Shown here: piece by piece, positions 24,984 through 30,872 of the stretch
How positions within the stretch are numbered: position 1 is the first letter of the stretch
Layout of the letters: the number at the start of each line of letters is the position of its first letter
Source: a virus
Lineage: Duplodnaviria > Caudoviricetes
Reading direction: 5' to 3' (one strand)
IMG/VR virus record: IMGVR_UViG_3300037463_000031
Span: 1 to 30,872 of that record
DNA: 30,872 nt
Program-made: the position numbers and the translations under genes
Notes under the pieces: model-generated
Seen by the model: only the letters and a program-made list of their open reading frames with translations
What the model was told of the DNA's origin: nothing
The model's database searches: none

Positions 24984-26324
24984 TTATGCCTGGTTGATAG
25001 TATTTGCAATATCTAATACATCCAATAGTGAATAGGCCATCCAGATGCTCCAACCAAAGCCCACAAAGTAGTGAGCATGATGGGTAATCGGCGCCGTCAT
25101 TAGGGGCAAATACGTCAGCACAACCCAGCCATAAGCAAACATTTGCACGCGAGGACGCCTGACAACAAAGCGCGTCAGCAAAAGCAAAAGTGCGAGCGTA
25201 TAGAGCATCATGCGCCACACGGAATTGTTGTCCGTTTCAAATAAAAACAAGCGCCAGAACGCATCACCTGGATTCGTTGAATAAGCGAACTCGGTAAGAG
25301 CGTAAATGAAAAAAGCCGCCATCAGCCAGAGTGGCCACGCTCGCGCTGAAGGCAAGCCCAGTCGATGCGGCCTCAGGCGAATGACAAGGGCAGTGGCGGC
25401 GCAACTCAAAGCCAGCGGCAGACCATCGCCGCGCGACAGGTTCGCGCCTGCCATGCCACCCACGCAATCCATAAACCAACGCGAAGGCCAAGAGCCGTTG
25501 GATCCAAAACGAAACCCAAAGCCTTCCAGTGCCCACCAACGAAACCCAAAGGCGGCAGCGGCGACCAGACAAAACGGCACAGCAAAGCGCCAGTGCGACG
25601 ATAACTTGCCTTCATTCCACAGCAGCAATAGCAGGATCAGTGGCAAGGTGTAAGCCATTTCCTTAAAACAAATCGCCATCACGAAACCACCGACTGAACC
25701 GGACAACCACCCCGTTCCCCCGCCGCGAGTGAATTTCAGGAAACACCATAAAGAGGCAAGATAAGCCATCGAGCACCACAGATCCGGCCCGTCTTTCCAC
25801 TGAACCAACGCCGCTCTGGGGGAAGGAAGATAAAACAGAATTCCGGCCAGGTGCAGGGCGAAAATGCCCAGGCTCAAAGCTGCCACACGAAGCCCAAACA
25901 ATTCGCGGAAAAAGAGCAGCGCCATGCTCAGCACCAGCAGATGGGACAAGGCATGAACAATTGTAAACGCTGCCAAACCCTGACGGCCAAAGGCTTGAAA
26001 TTCTATCCACCACACCAACGAGGACAAAGGCCGATAAAATTTGACGCCATGCCCCTGTCCGTTGCCCTCATCTATCCACGCCACCCACGGCCCACGCCAC
26101 CAACTAAGCGTGTTATGCCAGCTTTTCGTCTTTTCCAAGCCTTCCGTGATGAGTCCACTATCAATGGGATCTAAACCCACAATGTCGCCTGTCGGTATCG
26201 CCTGCACATAATCCCAAGCCGAACGCAGACCCCATAATCCGCAAAGGAACACGGCCAAGAGGCAAAAAGGCACTTGATATTTATGCAGTATGGACACGAA
26301 AACTGAGTTTATGGCATTGCTCAA
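24984..26324 (-). CDS. Polytopic membrane protein, GT-C / PMT-like glycosyltransferase
   Basis: Many TM helices; FYRPLSSLVWW...FG...HLL...ALH and FKEMAYTLP motifs typical of GT-C-like proteins. Start uncertain (TTG 26324 or GTG 26297; the 26354 start lies inside a terminator). Confidence 0.62.
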   Translation of the reverse strand: MSNAINSVFVSILHKYQVPFCLLAVFLCGLWGLRSAWDYVQAIPTGDIVGLDPIDSGLITEGLEKTKSWHNTLSWWRGPWVAWIDEGNGQGHGVKFYRPLSSLVWWIEFQAFGRQGLAAFTIVHALSHLLVLSMALLFFRELFGLRVAALSLGIFALHLAGILFYLPSPRAALVQWKDGPDLWCSMAYLASLWCFLKFTRGGGTGWLSGSVGGFVMAICFKEMAYTLPLILLLLLWNEGKLSSHWRFAVPFCLVAAAAFGFRWWALEGFGFRFGSNGSWPSRWFMDCVGGMAGANLSRGDGLPLALSCAATALVIRLRPHRLGLPSARAWPLWLMAAFFIYALTEFAYSTNPGDAFWRLFLFETDNNSVWRMMLYTLALLLLLTRFVVRRPRVQMFAYGWVVLTYLPLMTAPITHHAHYFVGFGWSIWMAYSLLDVLDIANTINQA

Positions 26325-26330
26325 GATTAC

Positions 26331-26371
26331 AAAAACAAAAGAGCCTCCGGCCAATTTGGCCGGAGGCTCTT
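26331..26371 (-). terminator. Intrinsic terminator after the protein-RNA-protein operon
   Basis: AAGAGCCTCCGGCCAA-T-TTGGCCGGAGGCTCTT perfect inverted repeat with a TTTTGTTTTT tail on the minus strand. Confidence 0.8.
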
Positions 26372-26389
26372 GTCATTTCAATTCAAAGA

Positions 26390-26860
26390 TCAGCCGCCGC
26401 TGATCTGACCAGCCGCCGCCATTTCTTCGGCGCCTTCTGTGAGTGAGCCGTCGCGAGCAACTTCACGTTCTGGGCTACCGTATTCCTGTTTAACGGCGCC
26501 ATTGCTGACCATGTTATCCAACTTATTTTCTTCCGCTTTGGGAACAGGGAGCGAGCAGTAAAGGCTTACTGAAACACTATTACCGCTGGGCGATCCATCG
26601 CGTGAATTCACATGGCCGGCGATGCTCACATTGACATCCCCAACGATGCGAATGTCCTGCTTGTCTGTGCCGCTTTTGCTGATCTGCGCCACTTCGCCGC
26701 CTTCGATTAGGTAAGCAGCGCTCCCTATGGCGGCGCGCACTAAGTGGCCGCGCTCGATGGGCAACTCGTTGTTGCCGTTGATTTCCATGCTGTGAAGGCA
26801 AGCTCCAACGTCTTCGACTTTGGTGCCAGCGGGAATCACTATAGAACCGCTAAAACTCAT
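26390..26860 (-). CDS. Hypothetical protein (paralog B)
   Basis: AAGGAG RBS 6 nt upstream; shares colinear motifs with 27097-27426. Confidence 0.8.
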   Translation of the reverse strand: MSFSGSIVIPAGTKVEDVGACLHSMEINGNNELPIERGHLVRAAIGSAAYLIEGGEVAQISKSGTDKQDIRIVGDVNVSIAGHVNSRDGSPSGNSVSVSLYCSLPVPKAEENKLDNMVSNGAVKQEYGSPEREVARDGSLTEGAEEMAAAGQISGG

Positions 26861-26890
26861 GAAAAACTCCTTGTAAATAAAAAACTGACC

Positions 26891-27021
26891 TGGGTGCTCA
26901 GGCAGGAATTGAACCTGCTTCCACTGTCTACTGACGGAGCGAGGGCCGCCATTTCGGGCGGCGGGTCCTCCGGATTTCGCGTGGCCCCACGGGCGATGTC
27001 ACCGTCCATGCCGCTGAGCAC
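26891..27021 (-). ncRNA. 131-nt tRNA-like RNA with 8-bp acceptor stem, T-arm, encoded CCA and expanded variable region
   Basis: 5' GTGCTCAG pairs perfectly with 3' CTGAGCAC followed by CCA; T-arm GCAGG-TTCAATT-CCTGC; D-like arm ATG-GACGGTGA-CAT; internal stems GCCGCC/GGCGGC and GGAG/CTCC. Confidence 0.72.
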
Positions 27022-27096
27022 ATAAAGCACGTAACAACCGCATCCGGCTATTCTGGAGGCGCACGCGCTGCGCAAATGCTTCTGTATGTCATTTGT

Positions 27097-27426
27097 TTAT
27101 CTACCGGCCATAGCGGCGACGGGCGCCGTCTGCGTAATTTGAATGTTAAGGGAATCAGCGGCCCAGCCTCGCGGCTTTTCGTGGCCTGGATTGGCGTGGC
27201 CACCAATAACGACTTGAAAGCCTTGTTCGCCCGGATCGCCCAGCGCGCCGCTTTCGATGATTTGGGAAACCAACTCTTTGGCGGTTTGAAATTGGCGTTC
27301 TCGCTCGCGTGGTGCGCGATTGTCTAAACCAGAAGGCTGCATAGCATTGATGCGATGATGACCGCTGGCCTCGAACTCGCCGGGTGGAATAGTGCATTCA
27401 GATCTCCAAGACATGGGGCTGCTCAT
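27097..27426 (-). CDS. Hypothetical protein (paralog A)
   Basis: ATG 27426 with AAGGAG 7 nt upstream; motif IIESG...VVIGGHANPGH..P.GW..DSLNIQI. Confidence 0.8.
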   Translation of the reverse strand: MSSPMSWRSECTIPPGEFEASGHHRINAMQPSGLDNRAPRERERQFQTAKELVSQIIESGALGDPGEQGFQVVIGGHANPGHEKPRGWAADSLNIQITQTAPVAAMAGR

Positions 27427-27475
27427 GAGAATGCTCCTTGCGAAAAGCATCGCCGAACTTCACGATGATAGCCCT

Positions 27476-27496
27476 ATTCTACACCATAATTATGGT
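27476..27496 (-). promoter_or_regulatory. Candidate -10 box (TAGAAT) and adjacent 14-bp palindrome ACCATAATTATGGT
   Basis: Perfect palindrome 27483-27496 immediately upstream of a TAGAAT hexamer (27481-27476) on the minus strand; another ACCATAA half-site at about 27519. Confidence 0.45.
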
Positions 27497-27789
27497 TATG
27501 ATAATGGCTGTTTTCAGAACCATAAGGAAAGAAATTGAGCAGGGGAGTGTCCAACCTTAAAAAGACAACCTTCGCAAACTTGAAAAAGTCACGTTTTGTC
27601 CCTCTTTGGTTAATGTTTTTAATAAGTCGTGAACTTTTACGGTAAAATTAGAGACGTAATCAAGTTGTTGCAGTGATAGTAAGCGGCGCCCTACAGGCCG
27701 CTGGTTTTGCATATCTTCTGATAATTTTTTCATGCACGCCGGCGGGGTGATAATTTTCGGTTTTGGTAGTCGTTTGAAGGAAGTTGTAT

Positions 27790-28245
27790 ATGCACGATCT
27801 TCATATTTTATTAGTGCAGATTTTTCGTGAAGCTGGCCCGATTGGGCAGCCGTTCTCGCTGCGCGACATCACGCGCATCCTGGGGGCGACCTATTGCGAT
27901 CCCAAAGACCGGGCGCCTAACTACCACGCAGTGCGGCGCGCTTTTAAAAATCTGCACGCTGACCCGAACACGCGAGAGGATGTGGAGCCTTTGCCTCGGC
28001 GTGGACGCGAACAAAAGTTTTCTGCTAAAGCGGCCCGGCGCATCGCTCGGCGCGCTGTGCGCGGCGAAGTTCCTCACAAATACAAAAACACACCATCCGG
28101 TTCTTCAACGCCTTCACCGTCTCTTTCATCCCCACTGCCTGATTCTTTGACGCCAAAGCGGCCTAAATTTAAGAAAAAATCAACTAAGCGCAAGCTAAGT
28201 GCAACCAAAGTGCAAATAAGGCCAGTGGGCACATTGCGCGCGTAA
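27790..28245 (+). CDS. Basic hypothetical protein, possibly DNA-binding
   Basis: GAAGGAAG RBS before ATG 27790; FSLRDITRILG...YHAVRRAFKNL looks HTH-like; Ser/Pro linker and Lys-rich tail. Confidence 0.65.
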   Translation: MHDLHILLVQIFREAGPIGQPFSLRDITRILGATYCDPKDRAPNYHAVRRAFKNLHADPNTREDVEPLPRRGREQKFSAKAARRIARRAVRGEVPHKYKNTPSGSSTPSPSLSSPLPDSLTPKRPKFKKKSTKRKLSATKVQIRPVGTLRA

Positions 28246-28575
28246 GAAGCTCTCTTTATGCTGTAAAGCGATAGATAGAAATCCCCGCGATTGATAACCG
28301 CAACTATCTGTTTTTGTTTCTTCTAAAAGCCTCTCTCAGTCCGCAGGGGTGCCTCTTGAGCCCCTCTCAACGTAGCCCCGCGAAATACAAAAGAGAAAAG
28401 CCTAAAAAAGAAAAATGTTACTTTTTCGGCAAATCTTACGATAACAATATGTAAGCGCCAAAAACGAGCACGGTTTCTCACCCTACCCCTCACGAAACAA
28501 GACTCGCCACGTCGCTTATGTCGTAAGCCCCGCTGTATCCCCCGATTTTCGGCGCCGAAAATCACCCCACAACTT

Positions 28576-29259
28576 ATGCCTCTCATGCCTGATCCGGAAA
28601 CCTTCACAGAATTTTATGCCCGGCGCGATGCGCTGGTGGATGAGAATCTACACCTGGTTGATCGTATTGTCGCTCCGCTTTGTTTGAATCGTCGAGCGCT
28701 CGGTTCGCTCGAAGGCGAAGATCTGCGCCAGGAAGGCCGCATCGGTTTGATCCGCGCCGCTGAGACTTTCGACGATTGTGCCGGCACTGCGTTTTCAAGC
28801 TGGGCAACGACTTGCATTCTCAGCGCGATTAAAGACGCGATCCGCGACGCCAGCGGCACGATCAGCGACGATGATCTGCAACGCGCTGTGCAAGAGCTGC
28901 AGGCCAGCAGCGAACCTTCAATTTCTGATTCAACTGAGGCCAGCGATGCCAAAATCCTCGTCGAACAATTTCTGCCTCAACTGGAGAAGAATAACCCCGA
29001 CGCCGGACGCGCTATCCGCCTTCATTTTTTCAGTGAATTAAACAAAACCGAAGTAGCTGCACAGATGGGCATCTCCAAAGTCCACGCTGGGCGCTTAATT
29101 GATGTTGGTTTGAACTGGCTGCGTGGTGCAGCCAATCGCCCTAAGCGCCCCCATCGCACCGAAGCGCCGCCGCCAGGCCGCAAGATGGGCTATGCAGAGG
29201 CCAAGGCCCATTCATTTGCTTTACACGACGAAACATTGCGCCGCTTAGCTGCGCACTAA
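28576..29259 (+). CDS. Sigma-70-family RNA polymerase sigma factor (regions 2 and 4)
   Basis: LVDENLHLV...EDLRQEGRIGLIRAAETFD...FSSWA (region 2) and IRLHFFSELNKTEVAAQMGISKVHAGRL (region 4 HTH). Confidence 0.9.
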   Translation: MPLMPDPETFTEFYARRDALVDENLHLVDRIVAPLCLNRRALGSLEGEDLRQEGRIGLIRAAETFDDCAGTAFSSWATTCILSAIKDAIRDASGTISDDDLQRAVQELQASSEPSISDSTEASDAKILVEQFLPQLEKNNPDAGRAIRLHFFSELNKTEVAAQMGISKVHAGRLIDVGLNWLRGAANRPKRPHRTEAPPPGRKMGYAEAKAHSFALHDETLRRLAAH

Positions 29260-29276
29260 TCTCCCTTTTCCATCCA

Positions 29277-29606
29277 ATGACAGCAAAACAAAAAAACCAA
29301 GCTAAAAAGTCCTTTTGGGCCGGTATTGTTAGCAGATTGTTTAGCGGCTTTAAACGCCCCTGGGCTGCATTTCTCAAAGCGTTGAAAGACAAGGCGCGTG
29401 CCCACGCTGCCCATCGGGCTAAGCTGATTCAAAATTTGCGCGAGAGCCGCCCTTCCCGCTCCAAGCCCCATGATCTGCTGCGGCCCGGCATTGTGCGAGA
29501 GCTGCGCGCCTGGCGCTACCAATACGCCCAATGGCTGAAGGCCTGCCATCCTGAACTCAATCGCAAATCCCGCCGTGATTTATGCCGGCAGTTGAAATTC
29601 TCATGA
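29277..29606 (+). CDS. Basic hypothetical protein
   Basis: 109 aa, Arg/Lys-rich, downstream of the sigma factor; ATGA coupling to the next ORF. Confidence 0.55.
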   Translation: MTAKQKNQAKKSFWAGIVSRLFSGFKRPWAAFLKALKDKARAHAAHRAKLIQNLRESRPSRSKPHDLLRPGIVRELRAWRYQYAQWLKACHPELNRKSRRDLCRQLKFS

Positions 29607-29713
29607 ACCGCAAACCATCCCGAAAGCTGCAACTTATCAGCGCCTTCATCCAAGTTGTTTGTTCTGCCATCAACCTATACCTGCGCTTTCGCTTGTATCA
29701 GCGTGATAAATAG
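29603..29713 (+). CDS. 36-aa basic/hydrophobic peptide
   Basis: MNRKPSRKLQLISAFIQVVCSAINLYLRFRLYQRDK*; ATGA overlap with the upstream stop. Confidence 0.4.
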   Translation: MNRKPSRKLQLISAFIQVVCSAINLYLRFRLYQRDK

Positions 29714-29816
29714 CCCGGTGCGGAAAGCTGAAACGCTCCGCTTAATCGACGGCTAAAGCGCTTTGGCCTGAGAGGATGTCTTCTCTCACATTACGATGGG
29801 ATGTAAGGCGCCGGGC
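29713..29816 (+). ncRNA. Candidate ~104-nt multi-stem structured RNA
   Basis: Closing stem GCCCGGTGC/GCGCCGGGC; internal hairpins GGCTAAA-GCGC-TTTGGCC, TGAGAGGA-TGTC-TTCTCTCA and GGA(AA)GC-TGAAAC-GCTCC; possible CTTAATC/GATGTAAG helix. G-U pairs favour the + strand. Confidence 0.5.
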
Positions 29817-29822
29817 AAACCC

Positions 29823-29848
29823 ACTCAGCCGTTTTGACGGCTGAGTTT
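29823..29848 (+). terminator. 10-bp hairpin between the structured RNA and the tRNA-like gene (terminator or processing signal)
   Basis: ACTCAGCCGT-TTTG-ACGGCTGAGT with only a short T run after it. Confidence 0.4.
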
Positions 29849-29851
29849 GAT

Positions 29852-29927
29852 GCTGGTGGTAGCTCAGTTGGAAAGAGCGTCCGGTGAACTCGGAAGGTCG
29901 CAAGTTCAAATCTTGCCCACTCGCCCA
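29852..29927 (+). tRNA. Non-canonical tRNA-like gene (shortened anticodon arm; identity undetermined)
   Basis: D-arm GCTC-AGTTGGAAA-GAGC, variable AGGTC, T-arm GCAAG-TTCAAAT-CTTGC, acceptor GCTGGTGG/CCACTCGC (one mismatch, one G-U) then CCA. The anticodon arm TCCGG-TGAAC-TCGGA is 2 nt short. Confidence 0.72.
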
Positions 29928-29948
29928 GACAAACAAATTCATTTTTAA

Positions 29949-30077
29949 ATGGAAGTTCTTCTTAGTGAATCGGGTGGTGAATACGTCGCCACGCTTGCAG
30001 GCACCACTTTGAGCGCTCGCAGCAAATCGCGCAATGAAGCTATCAGTAAGTTGCGCGATTTGCTGCGTTTGCCTTAG
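29949..30077 (+). CDS. 42-aa HicB-N-terminal-like mini-protein
   Basis: MEVLLSESGGEYVATLAGTTLSARSKSRNEAISKLRDLLRLP* follows the beta-beta-beta-alpha pattern of HicB-like domains. No obvious RBS. Confidence 0.45.
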   Translation: MEVLLSESGGEYVATLAGTTLSARSKSRNEAISKLRDLLRLP

Positions 30078-30161
30078 GCGAAGCCTGCACCCAAGCCAGA
30101 ATTGACAGCGAACACCTTAGAGAAAGATTGCCGTAAATCAACCGTCAGGAGGTCGCCATCC

Positions 30162-30509
30162 ATGCTCGACCCCACATTCCTCTTCTATGCCTTATTTATT
30201 ATCTTTGTGGCAGCTCCTGCAATCGCTCGCGCAATCGCCGGCGCTTTGCGCCGTGCGGCGCTTCTTGATTCAAAAAGCCCTGGTAACACTGCTCTCGTTT
30301 CTGGAATCCAAACGCAATCGCCCCTTGCTCATTCTGGCGGCGACTTTGGCGTTTACGGCAGCCAGCGCCAAAGCGGTAGATTTAAATGGAGAAGTGCAGC
30401 GCCGAAAGATCAACCAGGCGCGCCTGGGCTTGATGCACCCTTACATGCGCCGTCCCATCGCGGCGGTGCTGAGCGATTTGGAAGGCCACGGCTACCGACC
30501 CATCATTGA
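30162..30509 (+). CDS. Possible membrane protein (holin-like?) overlapping the endolysin frame
   Basis: Strong AGGAGG RBS at 30147-30152 and an N-terminal TM helix FLFYALFIIFVAAPAIA. The C-terminal part overlaps the endolysin and may be a shadow frame. Confidence 0.35.
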   Translation: MLDPTFLFYALFIIFVAAPAIARAIAGALRRAALLDSKSPGNTALVSGIQTQSPLAHSGGDFGVYGSQRQSGRFKWRSAAPKDQPGAPGLDAPLHAPSHRGGAERFGRPRLPTHH

Positions 30510-30872
30510 CGCCCAGGTGTGGCGTTCGCCAGCGCAACAGGCTGCTTTAAAGCGGCGCGGTGTGTCGAAAGTCCTTTACTCATTTCATACCGTGACGGAT
30601 CGCGGCACGCGCGGCCAGGCGATACCGGCCAGTTTCGCTGCTGACATTGTAAATAAGCCCGATGGCTGGAACAGCGGCACTCCGTTTTGGACACGCCTCA
30701 ACAGTAGCGCACAATCGCACGGCCTGGAAACTGGCATTTTCTGGGGTTTAGGGCAACTGGATCGCGGCAAAATTCGATTAGAAATTGCCTCGAAGAATTG
30801 GAATGCTCCGATTAAGCGCATCGGATGGGACCCAGCGCACGTTCAACCAAGCTCCGCAGTTCTTACGATGTC
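30187..30872 (+). CDS. Endolysin, peptidase M15 family (L-Ala-D-Glu peptidase-like), 3'-truncated by the window end
   Basis: Frame not in the ORF track: LMHPYMRRPIAAVL...WRSPAQQAAL...SKVLYSFH...AADIV...HGLETG..W...WDPAHVQ (Zn ligands H, D, H), preceded by signal-peptide-like KRNRPLLILAATLAFTAASAKA. Start uncertain. Confidence 0.82.
   Translation, partial: MPYLLSLWQLLQSLAQSPALCAVRRFLIQKALVTLLSFLESKRNRPLLILAATLAFTAASAKAVDLNGEVQRRKINQARLGLMHPYMRRPIAAVLSDLEGHGYRPIIDAQVWRSPAQQAALKRRGVSKVLYSFHTVTDRGTRGQAIPASFAADIVNKPDGWNSGTPFWTRLNSSAQSHGLETGIFWGLGQLDRGKIRLEIASKNWNAPIKRIGWDPAHVQPSSAVLTM

Larger units (their letters stand above)
1..30872. mobile_element. Segment of a temperate siphovirus-like phage with ParABS and its own replicon (candidate phage-plasmid or prophage)
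   Basis: Tail genes, tyrosine recombinase, XRE regulator, parA/parB, replication initiator, sigma factor and endolysin occur together with no housekeeping genes. The element boundaries are not inside the window. Confidence 0.85.

Noticed and set aside
26891-27021. tmRNA, tRNA-Sec or attL/attR tRNA remnant
   Set aside because: Too short and lacking G3-U70 and a tag frame for tmRNA; no UCA anticodon for Sec; both acceptor strands are present and pair perfectly, unlike a 3'-only att fragment, and the recombinase is about 14 kb away.
725-28575. Recurring CAACTTA upstream of several genes as a late-promoter motif
   Set aside because: The 7-mer also occurs inside coding regions (e.g. about 5031, 22363, 23717), and several copies are expected by chance in 31 kb.
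29713-29816. TPP riboswitch or hammerhead ribozyme (GGTGC...CTGAGA; CTGA/GAAAC words)
   Set aside because: The downstream TPP core (ACCTGA...TAAT...GCG.AGG) is missing, and the hammerhead CUGANGA core with correct stem order is not satisfied.
1-30872. Diversity-generating retroelement, CRISPR array, rRNA or IS element
   Set aside because: I saw no reverse transcriptase, cas or transposase motifs, template/variable repeat pair, or spacer array.

Overview
The window looks like part of one temperate long-tailed phage that also carries plasmid-type maintenance genes, so it is a probable phage-plasmid or prophage. No head genes, att sites or host housekeeping genes are visible. From left to right it contains: (1) a tail module (HK97-gp10-like protein, tape measure with an internal Cys/His amidase domain, GTA-type DUF2460/DUF2163/NlpC-P60/large tail-tip cassette); (2) a tyrosine recombinase; (3) a leftward accessory operon (SWIM zinc finger, HerA-like ATPase with tandem winged helices); (4) a divergent promoter pair and an XRE regulator; (5) parA-parB, with two 18-bp palindromes inside parB; (6) a phage-type replication initiator with internal iteron-like repeats, a stand-alone DnaB N-terminal domain, an unannotated (KVP)n micro-protein and a frameshifted HTH gene; (7) a GT-C-like membrane protein, a sigma-70-type factor and a truncated M15-family endolysin. 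The most unusual signals are two non-canonical tRNA-like RNAs that both end in an 8-position acceptor helix closed by G-1:C73 plus encoded CCA. One is 131 nt with a very large variable region and lies between two apparently paralogous small genes. The other is 76 nt with a shortened anticodon arm and lies downstream of a ~104-nt multi-stem RNA and upstream of a HicB-like mini-ORF. All calls come from reading motifs and base-pairing by eye; no database searches or folding programs were run.
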